Assembly: GCA_031413115.1 (NCBI GenBank)
Contig: JANOEH010000089.1
Coordinates: forward strand, 1-58,765
DNA: 58,765 nt
Direction: 5' to 3'
Source of the DNA: Candidatus Eiseniibacteriota bacterium
GTDB lineage: Bacteria; Eisenbacteria; RBG-16-71-46; DASYSL01
In this document: piece by piece, positions 56,190 to 58,765 of the stretch
Numbering within the stretch: position 1 is the stretch's first letter
Layout of the letters: every line of letters begins with the position of its first letter
Program-made: the position numbers and the translations under genes
The notes under the pieces: generated by a model
The model's input: only the letters and a program-made list of their open reading frames with translations
What the model was told of the DNA's origin: nothing
Databases searched by the model: none

Positions 56190-58679
56190 ATGTTCCCATT
56201 CCACCCCGCCCGCATGCTTGGTGCGCTCGTGCCCGCATGCGCGTTGGTTGCCGGGCTCGCATGCGGAGCCCAGCCCGCAGCCGCCCAGCCCGCCCGCCAC
56301 GTCACCGCCGAGCAGGGCGGCCCGGGCGGGCGCTCCCTGCTCATCGAGTCTCGCCTCACCGGCCTCCACCTCGATGCGTTCGTCGACGGGTTTCGCCAGC
56401 CGGGCATGATTGCACCCCAGGGCGCCGTGGCCCCGGCCTTCGACTTCGCCGCCGCCCCTTTCGCGGGGCTTACCGCGGAAGGGCCGTGGAGCCCGTTGCC
56501 GCCGCCGGCACGCTGGGTGCATTCCACGATTTACGACCCCGTGCGCGATCGCCTGATCGTGTTCGGCGGCCAGGGCTACTCCGGCTCGACCAACGAGGTG
56601 TGGGCGCTCAGCCTCTCGGGAATCCCCCGCTGGTCGATGCTCCTCACCTCGGGTACGACGCCGTCGGCACGGGCGTTCCACAGCGCGGCGTATGACTCGC
56701 TGCTCGATCGGATGATCGTCTTCGGCGGCAACGACGGCTCGCCGCGCAACGACGTCTGGGCGCTCTCGTTCGCCGGCAGCCCGACCTGGTCGCAGCTCGA
56801 CCCCACGGGCACGCCGCCGTCCCCGCGCGCGTGGCACGCCGCGGTCGTCGATCGCGCGCGCAATCGCATGATCGTACACGGCGGGCAGGTGAACGGGACC
56901 GGGCTCGCCGACACCTGGGCGCTGTCGCTCGGCGCGACGCCGGCGTGGACGCCGCTCGCGGCCGCCGGCGCCGGCCCGGGCGTGCGCTCGGCGCACGCCG
57001 TGGCGCTCGATGCGCCGGGCGATCGCCTGATCGTGTTCGCCGGTATCGACGCGGCCGGCCAGGCCACGGCGACCGCGTGGACGCTGTCACTCGGGGGGAC
57101 ACCCACCTGGGCCGCACTCACGCCGACCGGGACGCCCCCGGGTGCGCGCTACGGCGCGAGCGGGACGTACGACCGACTGCGACGACGCGCGATCTTCTTC
57201 GGTGGCGGCGTCGGCGCCCCGAACACGAACGAGACGTGGGCGCTCACGCTCGAGGGCACGCCCGCGTGGACGCTGCTCCCCTCGTCGAACGCACCGCAGG
57301 GTCGCCAGTTCCACACCGCCGCCTACGATCCGTTCGGGGATCGACTGCTGGTCTACGGCGGATCGTCCGGTCCCGTGCTCTCGGATACCTGGGCGCTGCC
57401 GCTCTCGTCGCCCGGCTCGGCGTGGATTCCGCTGTCGGGGACGCGGCGCAAGGGCCATACGGCCGTGCTCGACACCGCCCGCCGGCGCATGGTGATCTTC
57501 GGCGGGGAGAACTCGTCGCAGCTCAACGACCTCTGGGAGCTGGGGCTCGGCGCGGGCTCGACGTGGGCGCGACTCAATCCGGCCGGGACGCCGCCGTCGG
57601 CGCGCGCGCTGCACACGGCGATCTACGACGACCGACGGGATCGCATGATGGTTTTCGGCGGACGCGGCGGACCGCCGACCAATGACCTCTGGGAGCTGAC
57701 GCTGTCGGGCTCGCTCGAGTGGCGCCTGGTCGAGGCGGCGGGAACGCCGCCGCCACCGCGCTTCGACCATGTCGCGGTCCTCGATGCGTCGCGCTATCGC
57801 ATTCTGGTTTTCGGCGGGATGGACGCCGGCGGCTCGTTCAACGACGCCTGGGCGCTCTCGCTCGCCGGCACGCCGACGTGGAGCCTGCTCGCGACCACCG
57901 GAAACCGGCCGTCGGCCCGCGGCGGGGCGCAGGCGATCTTCGACACGGTGCGCGACCGGATCGTCGTCTTCGGCGGCTACACGCAGAACTTCACGCCCCT
58001 CGGCGACGTCTGGCAGCTCTCGTTCACCAACGGCTCCGTGTGGTCCGCGCTCACGCCGAGTGGAACGGCCCCGGTCCCCCGCTTCGCGGGCGCGACGTCG
58101 TACGACACCACGCGCGATCGCATGCTGGTCGCCAGCGGAACCGACTTCGTCAACTTCCACGACGAGACGTGGGCGCTGCAGTTCGCGGGTTTCGGCACGT
58201 CGGCGAGCTGGAGCCGCCTGTCGGGGCCCGGCCAGAGACCGACCTCGCGCTCCGACCACAAGTCGGTCTACGACGTGGACTCCGATCGGCTCGTCTCGTT
58301 CGGTGGCTTCAATCTGAACGGCGTGCTGCACGACACGTGGGAGATGGACTTCACGGCGGTGGTCGGCGTGCCGGACGGGGATATGCCGACGGCCGGTGCG
58401 GGCCCGCTGACGCTGGCGCTGACCGGCGCCAACCCGGCGCGCGACGCGGCGCGCTTCCAATGCTCGCTGCCGACGTCGGGACCGATCGCGCTCGAGCTGG
58501 TCGACGCGCGGGGGCGTGCCGTGCGAACCGTGGCCGCGGGGTCGTTCGCGGCCGGGCGGCATGCGTTCGCGTGGGATGGGCGCGACATGGCCGGACGCCG
58601 GGCGGCGGCCGGGATCTACTTCGCGCGCGTGCGGCAGGGCGACGCCGAGGCGCGGACAAGGGTGGTCTGGTTGCCCTAG
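56190..58679 (+). CDS. Secreted kelch-repeat protein with C-terminal FlgD-Ig/T9SS-like domain
   Basis: About 12 repeats of P..R..H...YD..RDR.IVFGG.....ND.W.L.L; C-terminus GANP...DARGRAVRT...AWDGRD.AG...GIYFARV. Confidence 0.9.
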   Translation: MFPFHPARMLGALVPACALVAGLACGAQPAAAQPARHVTAEQGGPGGRSLLIESRLTGLHLDAFVDGFRQPGMIAPQGAVAPAFDFAAAPFAGLTAEGPWSPLPPPARWVHSTIYDPVRDRLIVFGGQGYSGSTNEVWALSLSGIPRWSMLLTSGTTPSARAFHSAAYDSLLDRMIVFGGNDGSPRNDVWALSFAGSPTWSQLDPTGTPPSPRAWHAAVVDRARNRMIVHGGQVNGTGLADTWALSLGATPAWTPLAAAGAGPGVRSAHAVALDAPGDRLIVFAGIDAAGQATATAWTLSLGGTPTWAALTPTGTPPGARYGASGTYDRLRRRAIFFGGGVGAPNTNETWALTLEGTPAWTLLPSSNAPQGRQFHTAAYDPFGDRLLVYGGSSGPVLSDTWALPLSSPGSAWIPLSGTRRKGHTAVLDTARRRMVIFGGENSSQLNDLWELGLGAGSTWARLNPAGTPPSARALHTAIYDDRRDRMMVFGGRGGPPTNDLWELTLSGSLEWRLVEAAGTPPPPRFDHVAVLDASRYRILVFGGMDAGGSFNDAWALSLAGTPTWSLLATTGNRPSARGGAQAIFDTVRDRIVVFGGYTQNFTPLGDVWQLSFTNGSVWSALTPSGTAPVPRFAGATSYDTTRDRMLVASGTDFVNFHDETWALQFAGFGTSASWSRLSGPGQRPTSRSDHKSVYDVDSDRLVSFGGFNLNGVLHDTWEMDFTAVVGVPDGDMPTAGAGPLTLALTGANPARDAARFQCSLPTSGPIALELVDARGRAVRTVAAGSFAAGRHAFAWDGRDMAGRRAAAGIYFARVRQGDAEARTRVVWLP

Positions 58680-58686
58680 CGCCGCG

Positions 58687-58765
58687 TTACAGCATGCCGA
58701 GTTGCAGCCGCGCTGCCTCGGACATCATCTCGCGCTCCCACAAGGGCTCCCACACGATGTTCACC
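58687..58765 (-). CDS. 3' end of a DUF59/SufT-like Fe-S assembly protein (partial)
   Basis: Reverse translation VNIVWEPLWEREMMSEAARLQLGML*. Confidence 0.8.
   Translation of the reverse strand, partial: VNIVWEPLWEREMMSEAARLQLGML

Overview
This is a 58.8-kb window of very GC-rich bacterial chromosome. I saw no rRNA, tRNA, CRISPR array or transposase. The gene content suggests a Candidatus Eisenbacteria-like or Fibrobacterota/Latescibacterota-related diderm (inference). Housekeeping and metabolic blocks: a complete reductive pyrimidine catabolism operon (mmsA, beta-ureidopropionase, hydA, class III aminotransferase, preT, preA, NCS1) running into pheA; an FGE plus two-sulfatase cluster; hemE-hemH-hemY; yfiT-ALDH7-atl; yebC; ompA; a Ser/Thr kinase with TolB-like propellers; and a zinc-ribbon/SPFH pair. 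The most striking signal is in the exported proteins. Six genes (five intact, one pseudogene), representing five unrelated bodies, end in the same short motif with no transmembrane segment: [VT]-[PA]-[AV]-x3-[ST]-W-G-x-V-K-[AS]-x-Y-[RK]. Four larger exported proteins instead end in a FlgD-Ig/T9SS-like domain. This suggests two mutually exclusive C-terminal sorting signals, with the TWG tail a candidate poorly described protein-sorting system. Other observations: a CTG-initiated five-zinc-ribbon gene missed by the ORF track, a truncated and frameshifted lamin-tail gene, probable leaderless transcripts, a recurring 25-bp palindromic site, a 23-bp inverted repeat and a 12-bp tandem repeat. All family calls come from motif recognition, not database searches.
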